Below the pieces are notes generated by a model. The model was not told the origin of the DNA. It saw only the letters and a program-made list of their open reading frames with translations, and did no database searches. A stretch of 64,000 nucleotides of DNA, taken from NCBI GenBank assembly GCA_023267215.1, contig JAHFNS010000001.1, forward strand, positions 239,507 to 303,506, read 5' to 3'. The position numbers and the translations under genes are program-made. This stretch comes from Candidatus Nomurabacteria bacterium (lineage in GTDB: Bacteria > Patescibacteriota > Minisyncoccia > Phycocordibacterales > UBA9973). Shown here piece after piece: positions 41,079-50,772 of this stretch (the first letter of the stretch is position 1; every line of letters starts with the position of its first letter).

Positions 41079-42264
41079 ATTGGTATTGAATATAAATAGG
41101 TTTAGGATTTAGTTTCAATAGTTGGGCGGGAGTCATCATGACAGTGCCTTTTTCTAAAATATCATTTTTATAAAATAATTTAAAACCAGCAAATTGCACA
41201 GGTTCTGGATAAATAAAATTTTTATATGTGCCTATTTTTTTAGCTACTCCTCCCCAACCATCCATATCCATCACAATTTGTACATCTCTCAATGGTTTAA
41301 TTTCTTTATAATTTGTTACCATTTTTTGTGTATAACGATGTACAATCAATATTTTCGGTTGAAGATTATTCTCTTTCACAATTTTGGCTAAATAGTTTGC
41401 AGCAAAATTTATATCACTCGCATCGAGTGTGCCAACTATTTTACCCGGACGAATTCCACTCTTCATAGAAAATTCTGGATCAACACCGAGATGTACATTT
41501 GGCATTTTTAAATACTTTTCAAGAAGTGGCACTTCTGTTTGTAAATTACTAAAACCAACTTGAATATCTAAAAAAACAATTGCATTTATTTTCTGTGCTA
41601 TTTTCAAAACTTTATCTATTTCTGTATTCGGCATTCTGGCTCTATACTTCCCATCTGCCCCTGCACTTCCTTGGGCTACCACTGCAATATAGTGTAGAGC
41701 CGGGATCGCAGGTGTTTTTGGATCTGCTAGATTCCATTTTTCAACTTCATTTTGTAATTTAGCAATCATTTCTGCTTCAGGATATTGTCCGAGTACTCCC
41801 ATGTTTTTTGAATATAAGTTTCCATAATAAGCGATAATGCGATTAAATGGTAAAAGAGCTCCAGTATTAGGATAAGCTGTCTTCACTGGCCAAAGATGAG
41901 TCCGTACTGGTTGTGGGTCAAGTGGCACTTTTTCTGTCTTAATAATGTCCTTACCTTTTTTATCTTTGCCGATCACTGTTTTAACGGTTTTATAAACTAT
42001 CGGATCTGGAGGATTATTGGCCAACTCTTTCATCTTTTTATCATAAGTTATAGTATCAATCGGCAAAATATTAGAAACGGCAGGCGTTTCAACTGTTTTT
42101 TCTGTTTCATTCAATTCCACTTTTTCTCCATTAATTATTTGATCACTAAAAAATTCAGGGACCACAAAAAACAAAACCACACATAAAATCACCAAACCAA
42201 CAAAAAACCCCAAATGGGTCTCCGTAAACATTTTTTTAATTTTTGAAACTATAGCCTTGTTCAT
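41077..42264 (-). CDS. Membrane-anchored hypothetical protein (possible TIM-barrel hydrolase-like extracellular domain)
   Basis: N-terminal TM, then a 350-aa soluble domain with no confident family. Confidence 0.3.
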   Translation of the reverse strand: MNKAIVSKIKKMFTETHLGFFVGLVILCVVLFFVVPEFFSDQIINGEKVELNETEKTVETPAVSNILPIDTITYDKKMKELANNPPDPIVYKTVKTVIGKDKKGKDIIKTEKVPLDPQPVRTHLWPVKTAYPNTGALLPFNRIIAYYGNLYSKNMGVLGQYPEAEMIAKLQNEVEKWNLADPKTPAIPALHYIAVVAQGSAGADGKYRARMPNTEIDKVLKIAQKINAIVFLDIQVGFSNLQTEVPLLEKYLKMPNVHLGVDPEFSMKSGIRPGKIVGTLDASDINFAANYLAKIVKENNLQPKILIVHRYTQKMVTNYKEIKPLRDVQIVMDMDGWGGVAKKIGTYKNFIYPEPVQFAGFKLFYKNDILEKGTVMMTPAQLLKLNPKPIYIQYQ

Positions 42265-43307
42265 TTAGGATTTTCAGACTTATTAATCACTTCCTCTATA
42301 GTACTACCTTTTTCGTAAATTATTAAATCGCCTTCGGAATTTTGCCAAGATTTTTGTAAATTATCTAAAATTCTCCAAGTTTCGAGTATCTCACCACTTG
42401 AGATAAATAAATCACGTCTTCCTTCTATGACGGCTTTAATGACCCTTTCATAAGCATCCGCTTCATGTTCAATATTAAAAACTTTTTTATTACCATCTTT
42501 ATATTTAATGACTATTTGCGTTAATTTTTCCGAAAGAGATTTGCCGGTAGATAAAATTATTGAAACACCCTTCCAAGTTTTATCATTTGAAACCATATTA
42601 ATGGAGACAAATGTTTCCGTCATACTTTTAGGATTATTCACTTCCTCTCGGTATCCTTTGTACTGTCCTCTCTTCACACATTTATGATCCCCGACATCAC
42701 AAACAATTTCTAAATTCTTTAGCGCCTCATATCGGTCATCCATTTTAAAAGATTGAGAAAGCACCACTGCCGCCATTTCCAAAAGATGACTTTGCACAAA
42801 ATCTTTCAGTGCTCCTGTTTGTTCATAGAAATTAACCCTGCCTTCTATATCTATTTTTTCACTAGCAAAAATTTCTATTTCCGCAATATTTTCTTTCTGC
42901 CACTTTTCATTTACAACATTCTGCATGGACTGTTTGGCTAAATAATGATCCACTCTATAAATTTGATGCTCGGAAAAATATTGGTCAACATGCTCTACTA
43001 GACTTTGTGCAGACTCCAAATCTTTACCGAAAGGTTTTTCCAACATTATTTTTATATTCTCTCTGTCAAAATCATCATTAATTATTTTCACGACATCTGA
43101 CACAGCTTCGGGTGGAATAGCCAAATGAAAAATTTTCTCTCCGTCACTTGTGATTAAATCTTTTAAATTTCCATAATCTTTACGAGAAATAGGAATAACA
43201 GCACCGACATAATTCATATCTTGCATGTTTTTTAATGCAGGCAACAAATAACGCCTTGAAAGGTCGCCAGAAGCTCCGAAAATTATAAATGTTGGTTTAT
43301 TATTCAT
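42261..43307 (-). CDS. zwf: Glucose-6-phosphate dehydrogenase (compact 348-aa form)
   Basis: N-terminal FIIFGASGDLSRRYLLPAL, the EKPFGKDLESA motif and the active-site region YRVDHYLAKQ. Confidence 0.75.
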   Translation of the reverse strand: MNNKPTFIIFGASGDLSRRYLLPALKNMQDMNYVGAVIPISRKDYGNLKDLITSDGEKIFHLAIPPEAVSDVVKIINDDFDRENIKIMLEKPFGKDLESAQSLVEHVDQYFSEHQIYRVDHYLAKQSMQNVVNEKWQKENIAEIEIFASEKIDIEGRVNFYEQTGALKDFVQSHLLEMAAVVLSQSFKMDDRYEALKNLEIVCDVGDHKCVKRGQYKGYREEVNNPKSMTETFVSINMVSNDKTWKGVSIILSTGKSLSEKLTQIVIKYKDGNKKVFNIEHEADAYERVIKAVIEGRRDLFISSGEILETWRILDNLQKSWQNSEGDLIIYEKGSTIEEVINKSENPK

Positions 43308-44214
43308 TGTTTATTTTATGTCCACCGAAAGCATTACGCATGAGGGCAAGCAATTTGGTGGCAAAATTTACTTTCCCTTTTTGTGATTCTATTCTGACAT
43401 CAAAAGCAGATTGGATTGAAGGCATTTCTATTTGAAATTCTTTCCCGACTTCTAAGGCAAACCTCGCCTCGCCTGATTCTACGACAACTCCTTCCACTCC
43501 TTTCAATTCTGGATTTTCTTTCTGTATTTTTAGGGCATCCACAGTGAGCTCATTCAACCATGAAGTTATGACGCTTCTTTTTTGCCAAACTTCTCCAGCG
43601 GAAACTAAATCAAGATTTTTATAAGGCCCTTCTTTGAGTAGTCTATATCCTTCAGCAAGGCTCTCCATCATACCATACTCAATAGCGTTGTGGACCATTT
43701 TGACATAGTGCCCAGAACCCGGTTCTCCAAAATGGTGATACGCGCCAGTTGGTTTTTCTAGCGTTTGCAAAATCGGTTCAATAATTTTGAAAGTTCTTGC
43801 GTCCCCTCCCACCATCATAGAAAATCCGTTTTTATATCCCCAAACTCCCCCACTCGTCCCGACATCCATTAAAATAGAGCCCGCATTTGAAACTTTTTCT
43901 GCATGCTTTTTCGTCTGACGAAAATCAGAATTACCTCCATCAATTATGACGCTCCCTTTAGGAATTATTTTCAGCCATGCATCAATTTCTTGATCAACAA
44001 CATCTGCTGGCACCATCATCCAGACGATCATTTGCTCTTCATTAAATAAATTTACCACTTCTTCTTTAGTATAAGCAGGAATCATCCCCAGACTTTTCAT
44101 CTCATCTATTGAAACACTACTCCTATTATGAGCAACAACAATATGCCCACCTTCGTGAAGTTTCTTTGCTATCTGCGCCCCCATTTTTCCTAAACCTGAT
44201 ATTGCTATTTTCAT
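43300..44214 (-). CDS. gnd: 6-phosphogluconate dehydrogenase, decarboxylating (short ~300-aa form)
   Basis: MKIAISGLGKMGAQIAKKL NAD-binding start, 6PGDH C-terminal domain. Confidence 0.75.
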   Translation of the reverse strand: MKIAISGLGKMGAQIAKKLHEGGHIVVAHNRSSVSIDEMKSLGMIPAYTKEEVVNLFNEEQMIVWMMVPADVVDQEIDAWLKIIPKGSVIIDGGNSDFRQTKKHAEKVSNAGSILMDVGTSGGVWGYKNGFSMMVGGDARTFKIIEPILQTLEKPTGAYHHFGEPGSGHYVKMVHNAIEYGMMESLAEGYRLLKEGPYKNLDLVSAGEVWQKRSVITSWLNELTVDALKIQKENPELKGVEGVVVESGEARFALEVGKEFQIEMPSIQSAFDVRIESQKGKVNFATKLLALMRNAFGGHKINNE

Positions 44215-44255
44215 ATAATTTTTTATAAAACTTTAGAAACAAAAATTTTTGATTT

Positions 44256-44923
44256 TCAAGATTTTAAGTCGCTAAATATTGTTAATAATGGGACTTTTTT
44301 CAAAACTTGCGCCGGTTGCTTTAAAATATTTATATCTTCATTCAACAAATCTTTTATAACTGGCCATTTTTCTTCTCCCTGCATAAAAACCACCGCTTCA
44401 TTGAACTTTTCTATCGTTTTAGGAGTTATAGTAATTCGAGAAAATAAAGGAGTATTATAATTGGAAGCAAAATCCTGACAATCTACGGCCACACTCTCTG
44501 GTAAGATACCAGCAGTATGTCCATCAGCACCAACACCAAATAAACCGATTTTATAATTAGCTAAATTTAATTCTTTTGTAAGATTTTCATTAAATTTTTG
44601 AGTAGTAACATTTATATTTTCATTAATTAAAATTGGAATAATCTTTGCCTGTGATAGATTAAAACCTTTTTCTGAAAGTTGAAAAAAATTTGAATTGGAG
44701 TGATTGATCTCACCATACCTCTCATCTGTCAACATTATAGTTAGATTTTGAACTGAATTTCCTTTTAAAAGTTCTGATACTTTCACTCCTACAGCAATAG
44801 AAGAACCCCCAGTTACAAAAAATAAAACGCGTTTACCTTGATTTAGCTGACTTAAAATAGAGGCAACAATAAAATCCGCAACTTCTTCTATTTTAGTCGT
44901 TGTTTTTAAAGTAATACTCATAA
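44256..44923 (-). CDS. pgl: 6-phosphogluconolactonase
   Basis: LFGVGADGHTAGILP matches the 6PGL L.GMGEDGHTAS.FP motif. Start moved to MSITLK (about 44923) to avoid overlapping the upstream gene. Confidence 0.65.
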
Positions 44924-44961
44924 AGCCATTATACCAAAATTCCAACCATTTCGGCAGCTCA

Positions 44962-46230
44962 TTAAAACTGTGAAATATCTCTAGAAGAAAATAAATTAAT
45001 CGTCCAATCGACAGCAACTTTTACCTTTTTATGCCAAGAAATAAGTTTTGATAAATAAATGGTGCGCCAAACCCACCAAGCAAAATGTCCTGATAAATTA
45101 AAATTAAATATTTGCCCTACAGCCATCCATTTACCGAGCGAAACAAGTACACCATTACTATGATAAGTAAAAGATTTTAATGCCTGTTCATCAATTTGAT
45201 TTTTAATATTTCCTGCGACCGTCTCTGCTTCCCCTATAGCCACTTGTGCCAACATTGGAATAAAAGTACCATCTTTATTTTTTGCTCCAGCGATATCACC
45301 TATCGCATAGACAAAAGGATATTTTTCAAGCTGTAAATATTCATTTACTTTCATTTTACCATTTGGTTCTAAAGCAACCATTTCTTCAAACAAAATTTCG
45401 CTTGGTTTCACCCCAGCCACCCATACCACCGTTTTCGTTTCTAAAATTCTTCCATCTTCGAGCTCTACTGTATCTGCTGTTACTTTTTTTACAACAGAAT
45501 TAAGTAAAACTTTTACTCCTTTTTTCTCTATTATTTTTAAACTTTTTTCTTGTAATGGTTTCGGAAATTGAGAAAGAATTTCTTTACTTCTTTGAACAAT
45601 CACTATTGAAATATCGTTGATTATTTTTTTAGGATAATAATGTGAAAAAGTTTCTTTCAAAAACTCCTCTAGTTCGGAAGCAAGCTCCACACCAGTCGGA
45701 CCTCCACCTATTACAACAAACTGCAACATTTTTTTTCTTTCTGTTTCATCGATAATAAAAGAAGCTTGATCAATAATATTGATACAATGATTCTTTAATT
45801 TTATGGCATCTTCAAGTGATTTGAGAGTAAAAGAATTCTCTTTGGACCCCAAAATATCATAAAAATTGGTCTCTGCCCCGGGGGCTAAAATGAGATAATC
45901 ATAAGTCCAAGATCCAGCTGTCGTATCTAAAGTATGTCTATCTAAATTAACTTTAGTCACTTTGCCAACATGAAAAGTATGAAGACAACATCCCAAAATT
46001 TTCCTAATTGGTTCTATTATATTTATCGGATTTATACTTCCAGTCGCCACTTCGTGTAATAAAGGCGTAAAAAGAAAATAGTTTTTCTCGCTGATCAAGG
46101 TGATTTCTACTCTTCTATCTTGGTGAAAAATTTTATGTAATTTTTTTAAAACATACACTCCACCAAAGCCACCTCCAACAATTGTAATTCGGATAGATTT
46201 CATAAGTGAATTATAGCAAATTAAAAACAA
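44962..46230 (-). CDS. ndh: Type II NADH dehydrogenase (NDH-2)-like FAD-dependent pyridine nucleotide-disulfide oxidoreductase
   Basis: IRITIVGGGFGG FAD-binding start and a second Rossmann VVIGGGPTGVELA. Confidence 0.75.
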   Translation of the reverse strand: MFLICYNSLMKSIRITIVGGGFGGVYVLKKLHKIFHQDRRVEITLISEKNYFLFTPLLHEVATGSINPINIIEPIRKILGCCLHTFHVGKVTKVNLDRHTLDTTAGSWTYDYLILAPGAETNFYDILGSKENSFTLKSLEDAIKLKNHCINIIDQASFIIDETERKKMLQFVVIGGGPTGVELASELEEFLKETFSHYYPKKIINDISIVIVQRSKEILSQFPKPLQEKSLKIIEKKGVKVLLNSVVKKVTADTVELEDGRILETKTVVWVAGVKPSEILFEEMVALEPNGKMKVNEYLQLEKYPFVYAIGDIAGAKNKDGTFIPMLAQVAIGEAETVAGNIKNQIDEQALKSFTYHSNGVLVSLGKWMAVGQIFNFNLSGHFAWWVWRTIYLSKLISWHKKVKVAVDWTINLFSSRDISQF

Positions 46231-46299
46231 TTTCTATATTGTTGTTCTCTTAACCTTCAAAGGTGACACTGTGGATAACTCAAAATATCCTTGGTGAAG

Positions 46300-46370
46300 T
46301 TGGCGGAGGCAATGCCTCCGCCAATAAAAAACATTTACGCCATGGCGTAGATGTTTTTTATTTATTTACT
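46300..46370. terminator. Pair of hairpins / bidirectional terminator at the core-island junction
   Basis: TTGGCGGAGGCAATGCCTCCGCCAA, then AAAAAACATTTACGCCATGGCGTAGATGTTTTTT. Confidence 0.55.
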
Positions 46371-46930
46371 AATTTCTTTCTCGCCTTTTTCCAATCCTCT
46401 TTTAAAAGGCCATACATATTTTGATCATGAATTATCCCTGTAGCCAAACATTTCTTTCTTTTCCTTAAAACACCCTCTAATACATACCCCATTTTCTTTT
46501 GAGTTGCATTTGAGGCTTTATTGTCTTTATAAACATAAGAATCTAATCTTCTTAATTTAAGTTTATCAAAAGCAAAATCATTTACAGCTATTTTTGCTTC
46601 TGTAATATATCCGTTTCTCCAATATTTTTTATTTATCCAAGAACCAGTTTAAGCAGTTCCAGAAAATTTACTTATATCACCAAATCCAATACCACCAATT
46701 ACTTTCTTTTCAGCTTTTAATTCAATAGAAAACTGCATACTTGTTATTATTTTTTGTTTACTCTCTTTGTCCGTTTTTTTAATGAAATCATACGCTTCTT
46801 TTTTTCTGTAAGGATGAGGCATGTATGACATCATTTTAGCAACATTAAAATCACCAAGCCCTTCCACAATATCTTTCCAATCGCTCTTTTTTGGTTTTCT
46901 TAATATTAGTCTTTTGGTTTCTAATTGCAT
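46358..46930 (-). pseudogene. GNAT-family (RimJ/RimL-like) N-acetyltransferase interrupted by an in-frame TAA
   Basis: N-terminal part (KRLILRKPKKSDWKDIVEGL...IGGIGFGDISKFSGTA) stops at TAA 46649-46651. The same frame continues TGSWINKKYWRNGYITEAKIAVNDFAFDKLKLRRLDSYV...GYVLEGVLRKRKK...DWKKARKKLVNK*, which is the rest of a GNAT fold. Confidence 0.6.
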
Positions 46931-46937
46931 AGATTTA

Positions 46938-47312
46938 TTATATTCTTATATAATTTAATGTTTCTTCAAATAGTTTTTCCTCTACACCTTCTTCAATAAA
47001 TACATGACTAGCACCTTCAACTATCGCAAATTCATTAGCCACCTTTATTTTACCTAAAAATGGTTTCCAAGTTTCGAACTTATTATAGTTTCCAGCAAAA
47101 ATAAACTTACAAGGAACATTTATTTTCTCAGCTAATTTACCTATATCTATAGTTTTCCACTCATTAACTAATTCTTTATCAAAATAACCTTCTGCCCATT
47201 TTTTTCTTTTCTCAATTGATATTTCTCTCGTTTTTAAATAGTGTAAATAATCCTTTTTATTCCTAAAAGTCATTCCCCCGTGAATCATAAGTATTTGTGT
47301 TTTCTTTTTCAT
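46938..47312 (-). CDS. Alpha/beta-hydrolase-fold remnant (lacks nucleophile elbow)
   Basis: N-terminal ILMIHGG and C-terminal VEGASHVFIEE resemble the ends of a small alpha/beta hydrolase. No GxSxG motif between them, and only 124 aa. Confidence 0.35.
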   Translation of the reverse strand: MKKKTQILMIHGGMTFRNKKDYLHYLKTREISIEKRKKWAEGYFDKELVNEWKTIDIGKLAEKINVPCKFIFAGNYNKFETWKPFLGKIKVANEFAIVEGASHVFIEEGVEEKLFEETLNYIRI

Positions 47313-47335
47313 GTTTTTATTATAACAAATTTTAT

Positions 47336-47605
47336 TTATTTTTTGGGATAAATAATTAAAAATCTATCTTTATAAGATAAACCTTGAATCATAGAACCTA
47401 TCAATAGTCCAATGATTAATTCATTTCTAAAATTAAGAACTAGTATAACTATAAGTAACATCGAACACCAAATCCAATGGTGAATATGAATATAATTATT
47501 TTTTACAGAAAAACGTAGAGATTTTTCAATCTTATCTCCTTCATGTTTTCCAGAAAGTAATTTAGAAAACAAAAAACCAAGAATTATTCCAATTATTAAT
47601 ATCAT
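47336..47605 (-). CDS. Small membrane protein (hypothetical)
   Basis: 89 aa with two or three hydrophobic segments. Confidence 0.3.
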   Translation of the reverse strand: MILIIGIILGFLFSKLLSGKHEGDKIEKSLRFSVKNNYIHIHHWIWCSMLLIVILVLNFRNELIIGLLIGSMIQGLSYKDRFLIIYPKK

Positions 47606-47727
47606 TATAAAAGTATACTATATATTGCTGGGACGCTCGGGCTGGAACCATTTGCCTCCTTACCCCATAATGTTATTTTTAACTTTTTTATTATACCAAA
47701 ACGACGCATCTCGAGCACTGTTTATTT

Positions 47728-49005
47728 TTAATCTTTTAGATTTAATACCAATGAACTCGAAAATAGCTCAAGGCTTTTTACATATCTTTCTAGTATCTCC
47801 CTATGTAATAATTGCCATTGTTCGCTTATATATAAATCTATTAACTTCTCTTTTTTTAGTGTTGGAATTAAATTTTCGTCTTCTTGGTGAGCCCCCAAAA
47901 GACTTACTATTCTTAATAAGTTTCTTATTCCAAATAAATCATTACTTACTGTAATTTTTTTTGAAAATAAATATAATTGTAATGAATTGACGCTCTTATT
48001 AATGCTTTGCGAATCAATTCCAGGTATTAATTTACTTGCTTCTTCAAATGTCATATTGTGATTTTTTGCCGATGATTCAATGTTTTGCATTATATCTCTA
48101 AGATTTGAACAGCATATTACCATTGAATTTTTATCTTTGGCTGTTTCTATTTGAGATATGAGCGTTTCATCATCAGGGAAAATTTTATGGTCAAATAGAG
48201 ATAAAGATTTTTCGTTTATTTTTTGTCTAAGTGTACTTATATTAGCAACCTGCTTACCATTAGAAAATTGTTCGGAGTCTTTTGTTTCTTTTTTTGTTAA
48301 TATTTCTTCCTCATTCTTATTCTTCTTTTCTATAAGTAGTTTTGAAGCGCTTGAACCTTCTTTTTTAATTTTTTCTATCAAAATATCAACCTTTCCTCCT
48401 TTCCATCCAAGGATTTCTCTTGTTAGTATTATTTCAGAATCTTTATTTTTTATGGTATCAAAATTATCAATAAAATATTGATAATTTGTTTTAGAATCAA
48501 TAATTAAAAAGAAATATAGAGCTACTTTTCTATCTTCTTTATCGAAGGAATTATTAAAAAATATATCTTTAAGTATTTCACTAAACTCTGCTAAAGCATT
48601 TGCTTTCTTTAAATAATCTAGTAGATTATAGAGCATTATATATTTTTCTGACTGTACATAATAGTTCGTAAAAATTATTTTTGCTCTTTCAACGACCTCT
48701 TCATCAAAGTCTGAAACTTTTATTAGATCATCCAGACAAGATATAAAATCATTTGATCCTGTGTTTTTTGATTTTGCTATCTCTTTAATTATCTCGTGCG
48801 CCTCTTTTGAGTCAATTTTTGATATTGAATCTAGAAATGCGTAGGACCAATAATGATCATTGTATTTTTTATATGAATCATAAATAGGATATAAAAAACA
48901 TACATTCGTAATTTCATTTATATCTTGCAAAATAGAATGTGCTTCTTCGGCATCTTTAGCTCTATATAAATCTGAAATTAATTTTGAATGATATGCTGTT
49001 GTCAT
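47728..49005 (-). CDS. Hypothetical protein (425 aa, helical-repeat-like)
   Basis: Long ORF with no recognisable motif. At the edge of the accessory island, next to a GC-rich noncoding block. Confidence 0.4.
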   Translation of the reverse strand: MTTAYHSKLISDLYRAKDAEEAHSILQDINEITNVCFLYPIYDSYKKYNDHYWSYAFLDSISKIDSKEAHEIIKEIAKSKNTGSNDFISCLDDLIKVSDFDEEVVERAKIIFTNYYVQSEKYIMLYNLLDYLKKANALAEFSEILKDIFFNNSFDKEDRKVALYFFLIIDSKTNYQYFIDNFDTIKNKDSEIILTREILGWKGGKVDILIEKIKKEGSSASKLLIEKKNKNEEEILTKKETKDSEQFSNGKQVANISTLRQKINEKSLSLFDHKIFPDDETLISQIETAKDKNSMVICCSNLRDIMQNIESSAKNHNMTFEEASKLIPGIDSQSINKSVNSLQLYLFSKKITVSNDLFGIRNLLRIVSLLGAHQEDENLIPTLKKEKLIDLYISEQWQLLHREILERYVKSLELFSSSLVLNLKD

Positions 49006-49205
49006 TTGTTTATTATTAACGCGTCTCGAGCGCGCGAACCTAGCTCAAACTGGCTGACAGTCATGGTCTCAAATATGTGAGACCAAACAACATAAGGATA
49101 TCTTACCACCCCTTCTACTCCTTGTACTAGGTGTCTCGGTCTATAGGGTCTTTTTGTGAATGCTACAGATGAGACACAAAACACCTGTCTCGGTCTCTGT
49201 CTCAA
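49005..49205. other. GC-rich ~200-bp noncoding block, candidate structured RNA
   Basis: GC is far above the flanks. Hairpins GGTCTCAAATATGTGAGACC, AGGTGTCTC...GAGACAC..ACACCT, and a repeated TGTCTCGGTCT motif. The two small track ORFs here have odd composition and are likely spurious. Confidence 0.3.
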
Positions 49206-49652
49206 TTACAAAGGTTCGCCGTTCTTGTACCATTCTAGCGTTATAATTTCTCCTGCTTTTTCGGATACTCCAAAAACAATAAAGAGTCCAAGCTGATAAC
49301 CATACCCACCAAGCTCTTGAGTAAGACCTTCTAGTTTCCAAAGGTCATCACGTTTTGGGTTGTTGTTTGTTTCAAGTTCAATAGCAACAAGATTATTATT
49401 ATCAATACTGCGTTCATGGATAGCTATATCAATTTCTATCAAATCACCATTAAGTCTTTTTGATGCGTCTCCATGTTTATTATAGAAAGGATCAACAGTA
49501 ATATTTCCTGTTTCAAAAATCAACTTCAATTTATTAGCAAGGTCAGTTGTAAATGTACGTTCAACCCGACCTCTTTTTAGATGACTTATTTGTTCGTGAG
49601 CTGACTCACTGATTGCATGTTCTATTTTTTTAATAAGAGTTGTGTCGTCCAT
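49206..49652 (-). CDS. Hypothetical protein (148 aa), last gene of the Hachiman-containing operon
   Basis: Only 4 nt from the upstream gene. Acidic patches (DLIEIDIAIHER, VAIELETNNNPK) are faintly nuclease-like. No family assigned. Confidence 0.4.
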   Translation of the reverse strand: MDDTTLIKKIEHAISESAHEQISHLKRGRVERTFTTDLANKLKLIFETGNITVDPFYNKHGDASKRLNGDLIEIDIAIHERSIDNNNLVAIELETNNNPKRDDLWKLEGLTQELGGYGYQLGLFIVFGVSEKAGEIITLEWYKNGEPL

Positions 49653-49656
49653 ATTA

Positions 49657-50757
49657 TTAATCCTTAGATTCTTTTTTGAGTCTTCGCTTTGCTAATTCTA
49701 ACAAATCCTCCTCTCTTTCGTAAGCTCTTAAACGACCAGTCAGTATGCCCATACGATAAAAGATACCGTCACTCATTAAACGCCAGTTAGTATCATCAAT
49801 AGCTTTCTTTATTATCTTTTGTAAATCATGAGTACTAGCTAAATCAATCCTTTCAGGATTAGCATCATGTGCGGTAAATGGAAGTATTAAATCCTTACCC
49901 ATGTCAGGCGTTCCAAATTGGAACTTTACATATTTTGCTTTTTCACAAAGAGGTATTAATAATTCTTCTAAAGAAACAATCGTTAATTTTTTTAGTTTTT
50001 CAACTTCATCGTATTCATCTTTGTGTTTTTCCTTTTCTTCCCATTTCTCCATGAATTTAGCCACTGATTCAAGCTGAGATTTTTCAAGAAGATTTTTACT
50101 CAGAGCTTCTCCTGATAAACAAAATCGTTCTCTATCTTTTTCGTAATCAGGATCTGGTGGTTCTTCTTCTTTTAAAGTTAAATCAAACTCGTCGGTTTCC
50201 ATATGACCACAACTAGGGCAGGTTTCAGTAGTAATAACTTTCTTATTTTCAATCCTCTCGCTATTTCTCTCCAAGATTGATTTACATTTAGGGCATAAAT
50301 GAGGTTTTATTTTATACTCTTCACCATCATTAAAAAATGCTCTGTGTGGAACGCATTCATTTGGACAATCGTAGGTAAATAAAATTCTATCGCCTTTGTC
50401 TTCGTGGCTATCGTATAAAATTTTGCTAGTTTGAGTAGTGAGACTCTGACATTTAAGGCATCTTATACCCCTAGGTGCTTCAGCATTTTCATAAAGTTCA
50501 TCTTTCTGGGTATCTCTGCTGATCCATTCACTTATTTTGCTTTCTTTTCCTTCATGCCATTTAATAGTTGCATGGAGAAGATCATAATGAAGTGCCATTT
50601 CCGTAACACCTTCATAAAATTTCTCACTAACTTGCTTAGCTAATTCTTCACTTGGTTTTGAGTTCTTATGAAAGTTCTCTCGCCATCGACAATCCTTTAC
50701 TGTCAGTCGATCATAGAGGTCTATATATTCTTGCCTTGTTTTAAGATATTTACTCAT
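49657..50757 (-). CDS. Hypothetical double zinc-ribbon protein (366 aa)
   Basis: Four CxxC pairs (CLKC, CPNEC, CPKCK, CPSCGH) spaced as two zinc ribbons, with unknown N- and C-terminal domains. Confidence 0.45.
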   Translation of the reverse strand: MSKYLKTRQEYIDLYDRLTVKDCRWRENFHKNSKPSEELAKQVSEKFYEGVTEMALHYDLLHATIKWHEGKESKISEWISRDTQKDELYENAEAPRGIRCLKCQSLTTQTSKILYDSHEDKGDRILFTYDCPNECVPHRAFFNDGEEYKIKPHLCPKCKSILERNSERIENKKVITTETCPSCGHMETDEFDLTLKEEEPPDPDYEKDRERFCLSGEALSKNLLEKSQLESVAKFMEKWEEKEKHKDEYDEVEKLKKLTIVSLEELLIPLCEKAKYVKFQFGTPDMGKDLILPFTAHDANPERIDLASTHDLQKIIKKAIDDTNWRLMSDGIFYRMGILTGRLRAYEREEDLLELAKRRLKKESKD

Positions 50758-50772
50758 GCAATAGTACTAAAA

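Noticed and set aside
46646-46651. Possibility that the in-frame TAA in the GNAT gene reflects stop-codon recoding
   Set aside because: TAA terminates most confidently identified genes in the window (secA, gyrA, mur genes and others) at positions matching homologues. A recoded TAA would fuse neighbouring genes throughout, so a nonsense mutation or a sequencing error is the simpler explanation.
47625-47954. 109-aa plus-strand ORF
   Set aside because: Largely antisense to the 425-aa minus-strand gene, with low-complexity Leu/Phe composition.
49120-49210. Possible tRNA 3' end (GGTTCGCCGTTCTTGTACCA) or D-loop-like TAGCTCAAACTGG in the GC-rich block, as an integration site
   Set aside because: I could not build a cloverleaf on either strand. 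It is reported only as a candidate structured RNA.
49002-49341. Two small minus-strand ORFs (67 and 66 aa) inside the GC-rich block
   Set aside because: Arg/Trp/Val-rich composition, unlike every other protein in this AT-rich genome. The region is better explained as noncoding structured DNA/RNA.
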